From positions 1,056,001 through 1,120,000 of the forward strand of contig OZ252239.1 of the NCBI GenBank assembly GCA_965249485.1: DNA of 64,000 bases, written 5' to 3'. Every line of letters begins with the position of its first letter. The first letter of the stretch is position 1. The translations under genes were made by a program, and so were the position numbers. Below the pieces are notes generated by a model. That model made no database searches. It was not told the origin of the DNA and was given only the letters and a program-made list of their open reading frames with translations. This document shows positions 1 to 11,234 of the stretch, piece after piece. The DNA is from a bacterium. GTDB lineage: Bacteria > SM23-31.

Positions 1-89
1 TCAGAATGTATTTGTAATTATAATCTGAATAATAAGGTACGTATCCTGTTATTACAAGTATATTTTACTCTCCGGACAATACTATATGC

Positions 90-1493
90 TTAATGAATCA
101 ATGCAATTTCCTCATTTGGCACCTGAATATTTTCAACTCCCTTACTGGTTATAATTTGAGGATTCGAAATATTAAAGGCAAGTGGGTAACCGGGTCTTTC
201 TGCAATATTCTTATGGACCATATATTCAAAAGCAAAGAGATGATTTTCCTGAATTTTCAGATGGTGCGTAAATTTGCGAAATGGCCCCATAGAGGTCCCT
301 TCTATTCTAATGTCCCATGCAACTTCCCCTGTGGCGATATTATTATTCCCCATACTGTGATTATCGATGGAGAAACCCGGCTTATCGGTATTTGCAAGCA
401 CATTCCGGAGCATTTCATAGTCTCCTGAACCTTTATCGGAAAATGGTGTATAGATATACCCTGCATCTTCCATAGCTTTGACCATAGCAGCCATAGATTC
501 ACCCCCGGTCATACCAACTCTCATGTGGGGTCGCATAATTCTTTGACATGCTATTGCCAGATCGTAAACTTCCTGCAGAAAGTCAGGAGCTTTTGTATCT
601 CCTTCTCGCAAAATATAAGCATATGTTTTCGTATCAATATCCATGTCCATATAGCTCCCCCCGGCACCAGCTCCGCTGTGAAACAGATCACCTCGCTGCA
701 ATACGTAGTCACGGGAACGTGTTTCGGACATATCTGAAACAGCCGAATAGAGAACATTTGCTCGTGCTTCCCGAGCTGTTGTTTTACCCGGCACCACACT
801 CCTTATTATTTCTAAAACATTCTGCCGGGCAAGTGCCAACACTTCGACCTGTGCCGCTACTTCTCTGCTTGTCCTTCTTACCAGAGAATCGTTAATAACA
901 TTCTCAGCCGAGACAATTCTTGCAGAATATTTCGGTCCCAGTATTTTTTGCAGCTTCAATAATTGTGTATAAGAAATACCATCGGATACTGGCAGAAAAT
1001 CGGAATAATTAACGGCGATCGTCTGCGGATTGCGTCCAGCGACAAATTCTGTTATTTCGTCGAAGACCTCGGGAACAGAATATCCCTGACTCGGATCTGA
1101 ATTGTCATAATTATAACCGGCAAATGCCCGTGCAACATTTTCAGAACCCCGTATATCAATCTTTTCTACTGCTCCTGCACTTCCGCCAAAGTGAGCCCGT
1201 TCAATTTTATCTCCCAAATCGGTAAATATCAAATAACCCGATGTCTTTCCAAACTGCGTGGCCATTGGATCTTGACCACGAGTTACGTGAATCCACATGT
1301 CTACATTATTATCACGCATTGCTCCCGGCAGAACAAGATCAAGCTTGTCATTTCTCATCAGACGGAGAGCTTCCCTATCGGTCTCTACCGTACGCTGTGG
1401 AAGTGGATTAAAAGTATCTCCACCTCGCTGTGCCATTGCATTAGGTACGGTGAACATTAAAACTATTAAAAATATCATTACTCGTGATATCAT
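90..1493 (-). CDS. Exported M24-family (Xaa-Pro peptidase/creatinase fold) protein, paralog 1
   Basis: Shares the KxDLxLPxAMRxNNxDMWIH, DGISY and YILREG motifs with the other paralogs; Sec signal ending AMAQ. Start placed at ATG 1493 (MISRV) behind a GAGGAG RBS; ORF track starts at 1508. Confidence 0.8.
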   Translation of the reverse strand: MISRVMIFLIVLMFTVPNAMAQRGGDTFNPLPQRTVETDREALRLMRNDKLDLVLPGAMRDNNVDMWIHVTRGQDPMATQFGKTSGYLIFTDLGDKIERAHFGGSAGAVEKIDIRGSENVARAFAGYNYDNSDPSQGYSVPEVFDEITEFVAGRNPQTIAVNYSDFLPVSDGISYTQLLKLQKILGPKYSARIVSAENVINDSLVRRTSREVAAQVEVLALARQNVLEIIRSVVPGKTTAREARANVLYSAVSDMSETRSRDYVLQRGDLFHSGAGAGGSYMDMDIDTKTYAYILREGDTKAPDFLQEVYDLAIACQRIMRPHMRVGMTGGESMAAMVKAMEDAGYIYTPFSDKGSGDYEMLRNVLANTDKPGFSIDNHSMGNNNIATGEVAWDIRIEGTSMGPFRKFTHHLKIQENHLFAFEYMVHKNIAERPGYPLAFNISNPQIITSKGVENIQVPNEEIALIH

Positions 1494-1576
1494 GGCCTTA
1501 CTCCTCATTTGATTTTTGGTGATAACTATTTCGTTAAGTAATTAACTGTTACAAGTATTCCTTACTCGACGAGCTG

Positions 1577-2953
1577 TTATCGAATCAGGAGCACCTTATC
1601 TTGCGGCGGGTACAACCATTCGATGCCGCGTTCCGTGACCAGCACGTTTTCTTCGATGGCGACAGTGATCTTTTTTCCGTTCCATTCGTCCGCCGGTACG
1701 TAAATTCTGAATTCCAGGGAAAGGAAGGCGTTAGGCATGACTTCGTATTTGCCCTTTTCGCCCATGGTAACCCCGGCCCCCACATCGTGGGCGCGGTTGC
1801 CCATGCCATGCATCCCGACATGCACTTCGATACTCGGGACGTCACTGGCGCGTTCCACTTCCGTGTAGACATAGCCGGCGTCTCGAATGATTTGTTTGAG
1901 ATCATCTAATTGCTCCCGACCGGTTCTTCCCGAGCGAACGTTTTTTCGAATGATCTCGCGGACTTTCTTGGCTTCTCCAAAAGCCTTGAGGACACCAGGC
2001 GGCGCCACCAGTTCCCCTTCTTTGAGGACATAGGCGAAACGCTTAATATCGGTAGCAAAATTGTTGCGATTGAGTCCCCAATCGATAAAGATGACATCGC
2101 CTCGCTGGATGACGCGTTCCTTATCCCATCCATCGATAATGGTTTGATACCCCTTGAAATCAGGTGATTGTGGAAATGCAATACTTGGAACCCAGGTTCT
2201 CCGTAAACCCATCGCTTCCCGTTGTTCCTCCAACCACCAGACGACATCATGGTAGGTCGTCTTTCCGGGCGTGATAACTTCGTTGGACAAGGCACGTTCA
2301 ATTCCTTTTCGTGTGATTTCAGCAACCTTGGAGAACTCGATGATTTCGCCGGCGACGTGCTCGCCGTGAAAATCGGCGATGAGATTTTGCGCGGATACGA
2401 AGCGTTCGGCATATTTTTCGCCCAATTCCTTTACGAGGAACCTGTAATCCGTGTAGGAAAGACCGTCAGCGGTGCGCGCTCCTCTCCGGTTTGTAGTATC
2501 GAGGTAATTCAAAGCAATTCGTTTCGGGTCGCGGTCATAGACAATTGATCGAAGTAAATCTCCACCTCTGGATAGGTGATCTACCTTTCCCGGGAAATCA
2601 TCGTAGACACCGCACATTTCAGCCAGATCAGAACTGCCGGGGCCACCGAGGGAATACCTTTCGATGCGGTCACCACCACCCCCATCGTAGAAGACGTAAA
2701 AGCCCTGACCGTAAGCGCTCTCAATGCCAAAATCGAGCATCATCGGATCGGTGCCGCGACCTGAATCAATGACGATCCACATATCGATGTTGTTGCGACG
2801 CATTGCCTTTGGGAGTACGTAGTCGAATTTGTTTTGGCGGATCATGCAGGAGCTTTCCCAGAGTGACCTAAAACTCTGAGCCGTTGCTTAACCAGAAAAG
2901 CCCAACAACAACAGCAAAGAAAAGATCGCATATAAAACTTGTCGAGTAAACAT
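1577..2953 (-). pseudogene. M24-family peptidase paralog 2 with an in-frame TAA in its signal peptide
   Basis: ATG 2953 (MFTRQVLYAIFSLLLLLGFSG*ATAQ) is in frame with ORF 1577..2845; TAA at 2888-2890. M24 metal-ligand motifs look intact (IDWG, TDIKR, HGMGNRAHD, LEF, IEEN). Confidence 0.75.
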
Positions 2954-3071
2954 AATAGAACCTTCCTTATTTTGCATATATTTCCAGATTAATTTTCTGA
3001 AAAAAAATACATTGGATTTGTGTTGAAATATGACGCTTATTGAGACGCGATGTACTTGGTTAGATTGTATT

Positions 3072-3137
3072 GAAACTTATGATATACATATGGCTTTTAC
3101 AAGTGTTTTCTACTCTCGAAACTGTACGATTTGCGAA
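3072..3137 (-). promoter_or_regulatory. Representative copy of the repeated site plus promoter module
   Basis: Plus-strand TACTC-N6-CTGTA cores start at about 66, 1563, 3111, 4784, 5783, 10820, 19211, 19794, 22163, 23387 and 31804 (N5); half copies at 9157, 24910, 26440 and 29966. Minus-strand -35 TTGTAA-like, 17 nt, -10 TAATAT/TACCAT-like lies at fixed distance. Confidence 0.8.
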
Positions 3138-3146
3138 GCTTTACGT

Positions 3147-4610
3147 TCAATGAATCAGTAGAATTTTCTCATTTGGCGGATGGAGAAATTCAACTCCCCG
3201 GCTGGATACTACGTGATTACCTGATATACTAATGAGAAGTGGAAAACCGGGTCTTTCGGGAAGATTCGTATGAACAATATATTCCAGAAAAATAATTTGA
3301 TTCTCCTGAAACTTCAAATGATTTCGGTCCGATCGAAACGGCGCAACCATAGGGCCGACCGATATATGAGTACCTCCCGTAGTAAAGTTACCATTATGAA
3401 TGCCCTGCGTATTGAGATCAAGGGAAAATCCTGATCTGTCGGTATTAGCCAGTGCTTTCTGTGCAATTTTAACGTCTTCCGCGTGAATATCGATAAAGGG
3501 TGTATGTATATAGCCAGCATCTTCCATGGCTGAGATGATATCTTGAAAAGTTTGACCTGCGGTTTTGCCTACTTTTAATTGTTTCCGAATAATCGTACGA
3601 GCGCCAAGTGCGCGATCAAAGGCGTGTTGTATACTCTCAGGAACGCCTGATTCTCCTTCCCTCGTAATATATGCAAGACGTTTATAAATTGTCGCAAAGT
3701 ATTCCAGATAATTTATTCCAAGATCATACGACAAAAAATCACCACGCTGCAAAACATAGTCATTGCGATTGATCCACCAATTTGGGTCTCGAGCATCAGG
3801 TGAAGAAATAAGTTCAGATTGTGCTGAATAGAGAACCCCTGGGATGATTATACCGCCAACCCTGTCCTTTTTTATTAAATCTTTCTCATAAAGCTGCTGC
3901 TGAACCCACCAGCCGACGTCTTCCACCGTCGATACACCCGGTGTGATAACTTCACGAGAAAAAGCACGTTCAAGAATCTGTCGATGTATTTCAGCAGCAT
4001 TTGCAAAGGCAACGACTTCTCTCTGAGTCCTGCGCACCCTGAAATCGGTAATCACGTTCTCTGCAGACACTATTCTTTCTGAATACTTTGACCCTAAAAT
4101 TTTTTCCAACTTTAAATATTCGGAATATGATATTCCATCTGCCACAGCGAGCCATTCGGATGTATTGACCGCAATCGTTTTTGGATCACGTTCGGCAACC
4201 AATGCTGTCATTTCGTCGTAAACCCTTGGGTCCTGATGACCAAAATTATAACCAGAAATAGCTCGTGCAATGTCACTGGAACCAAATATGTCAAAAAAAT
4301 CGGGATGTCCTCCACTGCCAAAAAGAGCCCGCTCTATCCTGTCTCCACCCCGGTCGGTGAATATTAAATAGCCTGACGCCGATCCAAAATGCAAAGCCAT
4401 TGGATCAGGGTCTCCGGCACGAATAACATGAATCCACATATCTACATTATTATCTCTCATTGCACCCGGCAGAATAAGGTCAAGTTTTTCTTTCCTGATC
4501 AAATGAAGGATCTCTTGATGGGACTTTGCCGTCAATACATCCGTCTGCGCATGAGCAACAGGTACTGTAAACATCACAGAAATTAAAAATACCATAACTC
4601 GAGATTTCAT
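3147..4610 (-). CDS. Exported M24-family protein, paralog 3
   Basis: 487 aa, signal peptide ending AHAQ, family motifs; close paralog of 5819..7249. Confidence 0.8.
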   Translation of the reverse strand: MKSRVMVFLISVMFTVPVAHAQTDVLTAKSHQEILHLIRKEKLDLILPGAMRDNNVDMWIHVIRAGDPDPMALHFGSASGYLIFTDRGGDRIERALFGSGGHPDFFDIFGSSDIARAISGYNFGHQDPRVYDEMTALVAERDPKTIAVNTSEWLAVADGISYSEYLKLEKILGSKYSERIVSAENVITDFRVRRTQREVVAFANAAEIHRQILERAFSREVITPGVSTVEDVGWWVQQQLYEKDLIKKDRVGGIIIPGVLYSAQSELISSPDARDPNWWINRNDYVLQRGDFLSYDLGINYLEYFATIYKRLAYITREGESGVPESIQHAFDRALGARTIIRKQLKVGKTAGQTFQDIISAMEDAGYIHTPFIDIHAEDVKIAQKALANTDRSGFSLDLNTQGIHNGNFTTGGTHISVGPMVAPFRSDRNHLKFQENQIIFLEYIVHTNLPERPGFPLLISISGNHVVSSRGVEFLHPPNEKILLIH

Positions 4611-4841
4611 GACTTTTTCCTCACTTGGTTAATCTGATATTATTCATATCAATACTTTGAAAGATAATAAGTTTGGGTTTGTGTTGAAATATTATGTTTT
4701 TTAAGATGGGACAATATGGTAAGAATGTATGTGAATTATGATATAAATGGTAAGATATGTAATTTACTATTACAAGTGTTTTTTACTCTCGAAACTGTAC
4801 GATTTGCGAGCGTTTGAAGTGGGAGTCTATTGAAAGCCGGA

Positions 4842-5603
4842 TTATTGATTTTTAAAAAACATTCGAATATATAGTATTCTTAAGATGAAAAAAGTACCTA
4901 AAGCAGCGAATACATGCTTGCAGGCATGCCCACTTATAATTCTTCCTAAATCGTAAACCTCTCCATCAAGAAATTCAAATATCTTACTCATTCCATAAAA
5001 TACCAGTGAAGTAATAATATTTCGCAGATAATTTCTCGGACCTTTAAACATGAATAAAATTAAAGGTACTAAGATCACTGACAAAAATTGAACCAGGCCA
5101 TACAATCTCAAGTCACCTATACCCTGATTCTCAGACCAATACCAATACAATACACTGCCCATTCCGATTATTAAGAGCGGGATAAGTAGGATAAGTCCAG
5201 CCCTGAGCTCTACAGATTCAGACACAACTAAGCAAAAAAAGGCCATAAAAGCTATTGTCATCGGTAAACGATCCCATAGAAGGGTGTAATTAGATGGGGC
5301 AAGATGATAATAAGAAGAACCAATACTGACCAAAAAAATACCGGTAAAAAAAACTAAATAATTTATAAGGACATATTCACCACGGTTCTGTTTTATCAAC
5401 AATCCAGTAAATCCAATCCCGAATAATCCGACTAAAAGAAAGGGGATATTAGATAAGACATTGAGCGCATTATTTATCCCAAAAATGGTTCTCTCATCTG
5501 CAAATTCATGATATACAAGGTTTTGCGGTATGGGTTTCACGAAGAGTATAATGAGAATCGCAATCAATGCGATTGCAGTTAAAAAGAGCGTTTTATTTCT
5601 CAT
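4842..5603 (-). CDS. Alkaline ceramidase-like (CREST superfamily) membrane hydrolase
   Basis: Multi-TM protein with YHEFAD, NVLSN, GSSYYH, WDRLPM and C-terminal HxxKH motifs. Confidence 0.75.
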   Translation of the reverse strand: MRNKTLFLTAIALIAILIILFVKPIPQNLVYHEFADERTIFGINNALNVLSNIPFLLVGLFGIGFTGLLIKQNRGEYVLINYLVFFTGIFLVSIGSSYYHLAPSNYTLLWDRLPMTIAFMAFFCLVVSESVELRAGLILLIPLLIIGMGSVLYWYWSENQGIGDLRLYGLVQFLSVILVPLILFMFKGPRNYLRNIITSLVFYGMSKIFEFLDGEVYDLGRIISGHACKHVFAALGTFFILRILYIRMFFKNQ

Positions 5604-5818
5604 AAAATGATTTTATGGCATTTTTGATATAATTCAACAGAAAAACTCAGCTGCAGACCTCAATATCTTCAATCCCTTCATAGAAACTGATATTTAATAT
5701 AGAAACACGTGTATATCGTCTGGACAAGTCCGACACTACTTAAAGATATTAAGAGATACATATGGCTTTTACAAGTGATTTTTACTCCTCGGGCTGTACG
5801 ATTTGCGAAGCTTTACGT

Positions 5819-7249
5819 TCAATGAATCAGTAGAATTTTCTCATTTGGTGGATGAAGAAATTCAACTCCCCGGCTGGATACTACGTGATTACCTTCTATA
5901 TTAATGGAAATCGGAAAACCGGGTCTTTCAGGGAGATTCGTATGAACCTGAAATTCAAATGAAAAAAGGTAATTCTCCTGTATTTTCAAATGGGCACGGT
6001 CCTGCCGAAACGGCGCAACCGAGGGTCCCAGAGTCACAAGGCCGCCGGTGCTGTAAACCTCGCTGTTAAGATCGATAAAAAATCCCGACTTATCGGTATC
6101 AGCCAGCGCCTTCTGGATCTCCACATAGCCGTCTGTGCTGATATCGTTAAACGGTACACGTATATAATCAGCATTTTCCAGAGATGAGACTATTACTGCT
6201 AACGTTTCACCGGCGGTCCTGCCGACTTTAATATTTTTCCGGATGATCTCACGGGCTTCTAACGCTTTATTGAAGGCATATTGAATACTCCGGGGAACAC
6301 TTGTTTCTCCTTCCTGCATTATATAAGCGTTACGTTTAAAATCTGTCGAAAAGTAGTCCAGATAGCGGACTCCTACTTTAAACGTAAAAAAATCACCACG
6401 CTGCAATACATAGTCAGTATGATGGATCCACCATCGTACATCGGGCGGATCGATACGTTCGGATTTTGCCGAATAGAGAACCCGGGGGATATCTACTCGG
6501 GTACTATACCCATTTATTAAACCTCGCTTAAAAAACTGCTCCCGGACCCACCAGCCCACATCCTCCAGCGTCGTTACACCCGGTTTTATTACTTCACGGG
6601 ATAATGCGCGCTCGAGGATTTGACGATGAATTTCGGCAGCATTTGTGAAGGCAGCAACTTCTCTTTGAATCCTTCGCACTCTGAAATCGGTGATCACGTT
6701 TTCTGCAGAAACAATTCTCGCCGAATATTTCGGCCCTAAGATTTTTTCCAGTTTTACATATTGAGAATATGATATACCGTCTGCCACTGCAAGCCAATCA
6801 GATGTATTGACAGCGATAGTCTGCGGATCACGTTCAGCTACGAATTCTCTCAACTCGTCGTAAATCATGAAGTCTTGCGTTCTGTAATCATACCCTTCGA
6901 TTGCCCGTGTAATTTCGAGAGAACCACGTATATCAATATTTTCAACAGCCCCGCTGCTGCCAAACACAGCCCGCTCGATCCTGTCCCCCAGATCGGTATA
7001 AATCAGATAACCCGACGTAGATCCAAATTGCTCAGCCAACGGATCGGGGTCTCCCGCACGGGTGACGTGAATCCACATGTCCACATTGTTGTCACGCATG
7101 GCTCCCGGCAGAATAAGATCAAGTTTTTCATTCCGTATCAGACGAAGAACTTCTGAACCGGTCTTTGACGTATGTACCCCCGGCTGCGCATGAGCACATG
7201 GCAGGGCGAACAACACGGAAAATAATAGTACCATTACCCGGATCATCAT
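5819..7249 (-). CDS. Exported M24-family protein, paralog 4
   Basis: 476 aa, signal peptide ending AHAQ, family motifs, C-terminus GVEFLHPPNEKILLIH identical to paralog 3. Confidence 0.8.
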   Translation of the reverse strand: MMIRVMVLLFSVLFALPCAHAQPGVHTSKTGSEVLRLIRNEKLDLILPGAMRDNNVDMWIHVTRAGDPDPLAEQFGSTSGYLIYTDLGDRIERAVFGSSGAVENIDIRGSLEITRAIEGYDYRTQDFMIYDELREFVAERDPQTIAVNTSDWLAVADGISYSQYVKLEKILGPKYSARIVSAENVITDFRVRRIQREVAAFTNAAEIHRQILERALSREVIKPGVTTLEDVGWWVREQFFKRGLINGYSTRVDIPRVLYSAKSERIDPPDVRWWIHHTDYVLQRGDFFTFKVGVRYLDYFSTDFKRNAYIMQEGETSVPRSIQYAFNKALEAREIIRKNIKVGRTAGETLAVIVSSLENADYIRVPFNDISTDGYVEIQKALADTDKSGFFIDLNSEVYSTGGLVTLGPSVAPFRQDRAHLKIQENYLFSFEFQVHTNLPERPGFPISINIEGNHVVSSRGVEFLHPPNEKILLIH

Positions 7250-7346
7250 ACCTATCTCCTTTCCTGAAAATCGTTGCTTTTAGCCGTCATGAATTAGTTA
7301 CATAATTCGAGTCCGGCCACAGTCAAAGCAACTGATCACAAAAATA

Positions 7347-8900
7347 TTATCGTTCCAATGCTTTCCTTCTTGGCATCATTTCATCACGCATTGCCGATCG
7401 ATACACAAATGCGGCAATTATCGCGGCGTTAAGTTTCAGGGCGTCCTCTGACACATAATCGACGACATCCATGTTGGTATGTATCTGCGTCGTGTTATAA
7501 TTATCCGGATCCTGGATCCAGGAATATGCCGGGATTTCCAACGCATCAAAACCAATATTGTCGGTGCAGCACCCGGATTCAACGGATACCGTTTCAGCAC
7601 CTACGACATGAAACGGCTCGAGATATCTTTCAAAAATCGGTCTAATGGCCTCATTACCATGAGTAGATATTCCTCGAATTTCTTGTCCGTTATTGTCGTG
7701 ATTGTAAAAGATCGATATGCGTGACAATTCATCTCTGTCCTCGCTGGTAAAAATATCACCGACATATTTCTCGATATATGCTAACGAGCCACGCATTCCT
7801 TGTTCTTCACCACCCCACAGCACAAGACGTATCGTGCGCCGGGGTTTGATATCGAGCGTATTCAAAATACGAACTGCTTCCATATTTGTAGCTGCACCGG
7901 CGCCATTGTCTGCAGCGCCCGTCCCGCCATGTTGTGAATCAAGATGACCACCAACCAGCACCAGCTGACTCTTCAATTGATTATCGGTACCGGGAATTTC
8001 TGCGATGACATTGGTATGGTAATCGGGGTTTTCATTGAACATGACGTTTAGGTGGAGCTTCAATATTATCGCCACACCTTTATCAAGCATTCGTACCATT
8101 CTGGCATGCTGCTCTTGGCTGATCGAAAAGCGGGGCACCGGTTTCATCTCACTCTTTTTGCTGTATCGCTGCTGCCTTACATCAAGTACCCCGGGAGCTT
8201 TGTTGCTTCCACGTATAACCGCAGCCACGCCTTCATCCAGCAAAAATTGATTGATCCTATGGGCTTCAGATTCCCCCTGATTCAATCTGTCATGTAACAT
8301 TTCTCTGGATGGCTTAACATTGTTGGAGCCCAGAACAGCGCGAACAGGATATGGATTTAACTGGCGTTCAGCTTTCGCCAATACTTCGTCAGTGAATATT
8401 CCTTCGGGAACGTCCGGCTGTGAACGAAACTCAGGAGACATCAGAATCTTCCCGCGCAACTGACCGCTCAATTCTTTCAGGGCTTCCAGGGAGTTATGGT
8501 CTACAATGACAGGTGGACCGGTCACTTCTCCATTCGTACCGATCGTCCAGGCATCCGGCATCGCCGTTATATTCATATATCGAGGTGCGATCATCTCAAG
8601 GGAATATGACTCAATTTCCCATCCGCGCAGATCTTCACCATACGAGTCGAAATGTACGTTCTCAAGATTCCAGCTTTCCAACCGCTGTTTGGCCCACATC
8701 GCTGCTTCGTAATAGGCAGGGCTTCCAGACAAGCGCGGGCCATATACGTCTGACAGGTAACTCAATGTCTCCATTACTTCCGAATGCTGGTACGCCTCTT
8801 CTTTAATGCGGGCGACCATATAGGATTCAGTTGTTTCCTGAGCAAAGCAATCCAACGCGGTCAGAGACACAATAATAAGCACAATAAATTTATTTTTCAT
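7347..8900 (-). CDS. M28-family metallopeptidase (carboxypeptidase Q-like), exported
   Basis: Signal peptide; GPRLSGS, GHLDS, GAADNGAG, GEEQG and HTxxD motifs. Confidence 0.88.
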   Translation of the reverse strand: MKNKFIVLIIVSLTALDCFAQETTESYMVARIKEEAYQHSEVMETLSYLSDVYGPRLSGSPAYYEAAMWAKQRLESWNLENVHFDSYGEDLRGWEIESYSLEMIAPRYMNITAMPDAWTIGTNGEVTGPPVIVDHNSLEALKELSGQLRGKILMSPEFRSQPDVPEGIFTDEVLAKAERQLNPYPVRAVLGSNNVKPSREMLHDRLNQGESEAHRINQFLLDEGVAAVIRGSNKAPGVLDVRQQRYSKKSEMKPVPRFSISQEQHARMVRMLDKGVAIILKLHLNVMFNENPDYHTNVIAEIPGTDNQLKSQLVLVGGHLDSQHGGTGAADNGAGAATNMEAVRILNTLDIKPRRTIRLVLWGGEEQGMRGSLAYIEKYVGDIFTSEDRDELSRISIFYNHDNNGQEIRGISTHGNEAIRPIFERYLEPFHVVGAETVSVESGCCTDNIGFDALEIPAYSWIQDPDNYNTTQIHTNMDVVDYVSEDALKLNAAIIAAFVYRSAMRDEMMPRRKALER

Positions 8901-9010
8901 TCTGTCCTCCTCTGCGGGCTGAAATACTGTCAGTTTCTTCTTTTAATTTTCTATGTGTTTGGGTCAAAAACTACACCGCTTTTTATCCGGTTTTATCTTT
9001 TCCACGGTGG

Positions 9011-9160
9011 GAAATCGGAAATGACATTGTCTGCGGATACAAATCTTTCAGTATATTCCGGCCCTAAAATCTTTTCCAATTTCAGATATAGGGTATGCGA
9101 TATCCCGTCAGTTGCCGTGAGCCGATTGGAATACTTTACTGCTATCGTTTTCGGATCACG
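9011..9160 (-). pseudogene. Internal 50-codon fragment of an M24 paralog
   Basis: Manual translation RDPKTIAVKYSNRLTATDGISHTLYLKLEKILGPEYTERFVSADNVISDF matches the same segment of paralogs 1, 3 and 4. Confidence 0.85.
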
Positions 9161-9186
9161 GACTGTATGTGACGTTTTGCGAACAT

Positions 9187-10635
9187 TTAGCGAATGAGAT
9201 GAAGCTCTATAGGCGGTGGAGAGAAATACTCGACTCCTTGTTCGGTGACAATTACACCGTCATGAAATCGTAACGATAAATATTTGTCTTCACCCCATTC
9301 GGGCATCGGCACAAAGACCCAGTATTCAAAAGAGGTGTGGTGATTGAGCTGGAGCATCAAATCTCGCTGCCAATCGGGACCTATAGGGCCAATTCTGGGG
9401 GCATAAATTCCCTTTCCGAGAGCGTGCAAGTCGAGGGGAACCATGGTTATATCTAATTCCACAAGTTCTTTCGTGACAACGTGTGTATTTAGATACATAA
9501 ACCCTGCTTCATCAATTTTTCTCTTGAGAATTTCAAATGTTTCACCGGCAGTACGGCCCACTTTGATGTTATCTTCTAAAACCTTACGGACTTTCAATGC
9601 ATCTTCCCAGGCTCTTTTGATTTTTGGCGGTGGTTCAGTCTCACCTTCACGGAGCACATAGGCGTACGCATCCTCAACCTCATAGAAATTCCCGAATTTC
9701 CACCCTGATTTCAGATAGTGGTGACTTTGTCTACCCTCCCCGGATGCAATCAGGTCGCCTCTCTGGATCACATAGTCACCTCTTCTTCTATTTCCGTCCT
9801 TATCCACGGCAGAAGACCACCCTTCAAGATCGCTCACTTTAGTTACGCCCGGAACGATTTTAGCAAATTCTCTCTCTACAGATTCTGTGATCCAGTTCCG
9901 TATCTTCTTAAACATCTCGATTTCGCTCGGCACCCGTCTCGATACGTAATCATACATCAGAAATTCAGCCGAGATCATCCTCTTCGCATACGTATTACCA
10001 AGAGCTTTGACCAACAGGTTGTAGTCTGTATGCGAAATGCCATCGGATCGTAACCGTGGAATCTCATACACCAGAGGAGGTCCTAGCTTTTCGAGGTAAT
10101 TGACCGCAATGCGTTTGGGATCACGTTCGGCAACCAATTCTCCGACACCTTTGAACCGGTGATCGAATTCCGTTGCCGCGCCACCAGGCTTTTCCTGCCG
10201 TAAAAAATCTTCGGCGATTATGTCATACGCGCCACTTTCTTGAACCACATCTAAATATGGGGTTCTAACTAAGCTTTGATCTAAAATTTTCCATCTATGA
10301 CCGATTACCGCCCGTTCGATCCTGTCGCCGCCACGGTCTGTAAAAACAAAAACGCCATTGTTACTGCCCAATTCATCTCTCATCGGATCAGGACTACCTT
10401 CTCGCATCACATGAATCCACATGTCGATATTGTGATCCCGCATGACCTGCGGTAGGATGAGGTCAAACTTGTCCCGGCGAATCTGACTAATCAATTCCTT
10501 TATTTCGTCTTCTTCCTGAGTCTGTGCTTTTGTCATTGCCGTTTCAGTTGATACCGATTCAGCCATTTCCGAACTACAGAAGCTCAGAAATATGGACAAA
10601 TAAATGATTGTATAAAAAACTTGTCGAGTGGACAT
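9187..10635 (-). CDS. M24-family protein, paralog 5, probable lipoprotein
   Basis: 482 aa; MSTRQV...LSFC N-terminus; family motifs; most similar to 23417..24841. Confidence 0.8.
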   Translation of the reverse strand: MSTRQVFYTIIYLSIFLSFCSSEMAESVSTETAMTKAQTQEEDEIKELISQIRRDKFDLILPQVMRDHNIDMWIHVMREGSPDPMRDELGSNNGVFVFTDRGGDRIERAVIGHRWKILDQSLVRTPYLDVVQESGAYDIIAEDFLRQEKPGGAATEFDHRFKGVGELVAERDPKRIAVNYLEKLGPPLVYEIPRLRSDGISHTDYNLLVKALGNTYAKRMISAEFLMYDYVSRRVPSEIEMFKKIRNWITESVEREFAKIVPGVTKVSDLEGWSSAVDKDGNRRRGDYVIQRGDLIASGEGRQSHHYLKSGWKFGNFYEVEDAYAYVLREGETEPPPKIKRAWEDALKVRKVLEDNIKVGRTAGETFEILKRKIDEAGFMYLNTHVVTKELVELDITMVPLDLHALGKGIYAPRIGPIGPDWQRDLMLQLNHHTSFEYWVFVPMPEWGEDKYLSLRFHDGVIVTEQGVEYFSPPPIELHLIR

Positions 10636-10869
10636 AAATGAGTCTCCTTCATTATAGTATATATTCCCACTATCAATCCTCTAAAAAAGAATAATTGGGA
10701 TTTGTGTTGAAATTTGAAGCTTTTTTACGATGTGATATGTTTTGTCAGGGCGTACTGGATTCCATGATATGGTTTATATAATATGGTAAGGTATAAATGT
10801 GGCTTTTAAAAGTCTTTTCTGCTCCCCGGTCTGTGCGATTTGCGAACCTTGGCAGTATATTTTGTTGGC

Positions 10870-11234
10870 TTAGAAACTGGCTTGAAGCTCTCCCTTGTAA
10901 AGCCAGTTGATCAGGAATAAAATACCTGTCAGAAGCAGCGGTCCGGATATCATCAGGTATACGGTCCAATGGAATCGTCCCCAGTAAAGAACCTTATACA
11001 TCGCTCCTAACATGATGAACAGTATTCCCTCAATCCATTCCCAGCGCCAAGAGACGACTAGTACAATAATAATGATCGCCGATGGGATTAAATGCATCAG
11101 CAAAGCGAGAGTCATATTCCAGAATCCTTGGCTTTCATCAAACACTCAAGGGCAAACATTCTCACGAAGATAACAAATTGGAGACATAGAATCCTGGGTG
11201 ACCAGAATAACAGTCGATTTAATGAGCTTTTCAT
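10870..11234 (-). pseudogene. Small four-TM membrane protein, frameshifted
   Basis: ATG 11234 behind AAGGAG gives MKSSLNRLLFWSPRIL...FAL; a 1-nt loss near 11146 joins it to ORF 10870..11145 (VFDE...ALLMHLIP). Confidence 0.6.

Noticed and set aside
3147..7249. Diversity-generating retroelement acting on similar M24 3' ends
   Set aside because: No reverse transcriptase; differences between paralogs are not adenine-specific and both copies are full genes.
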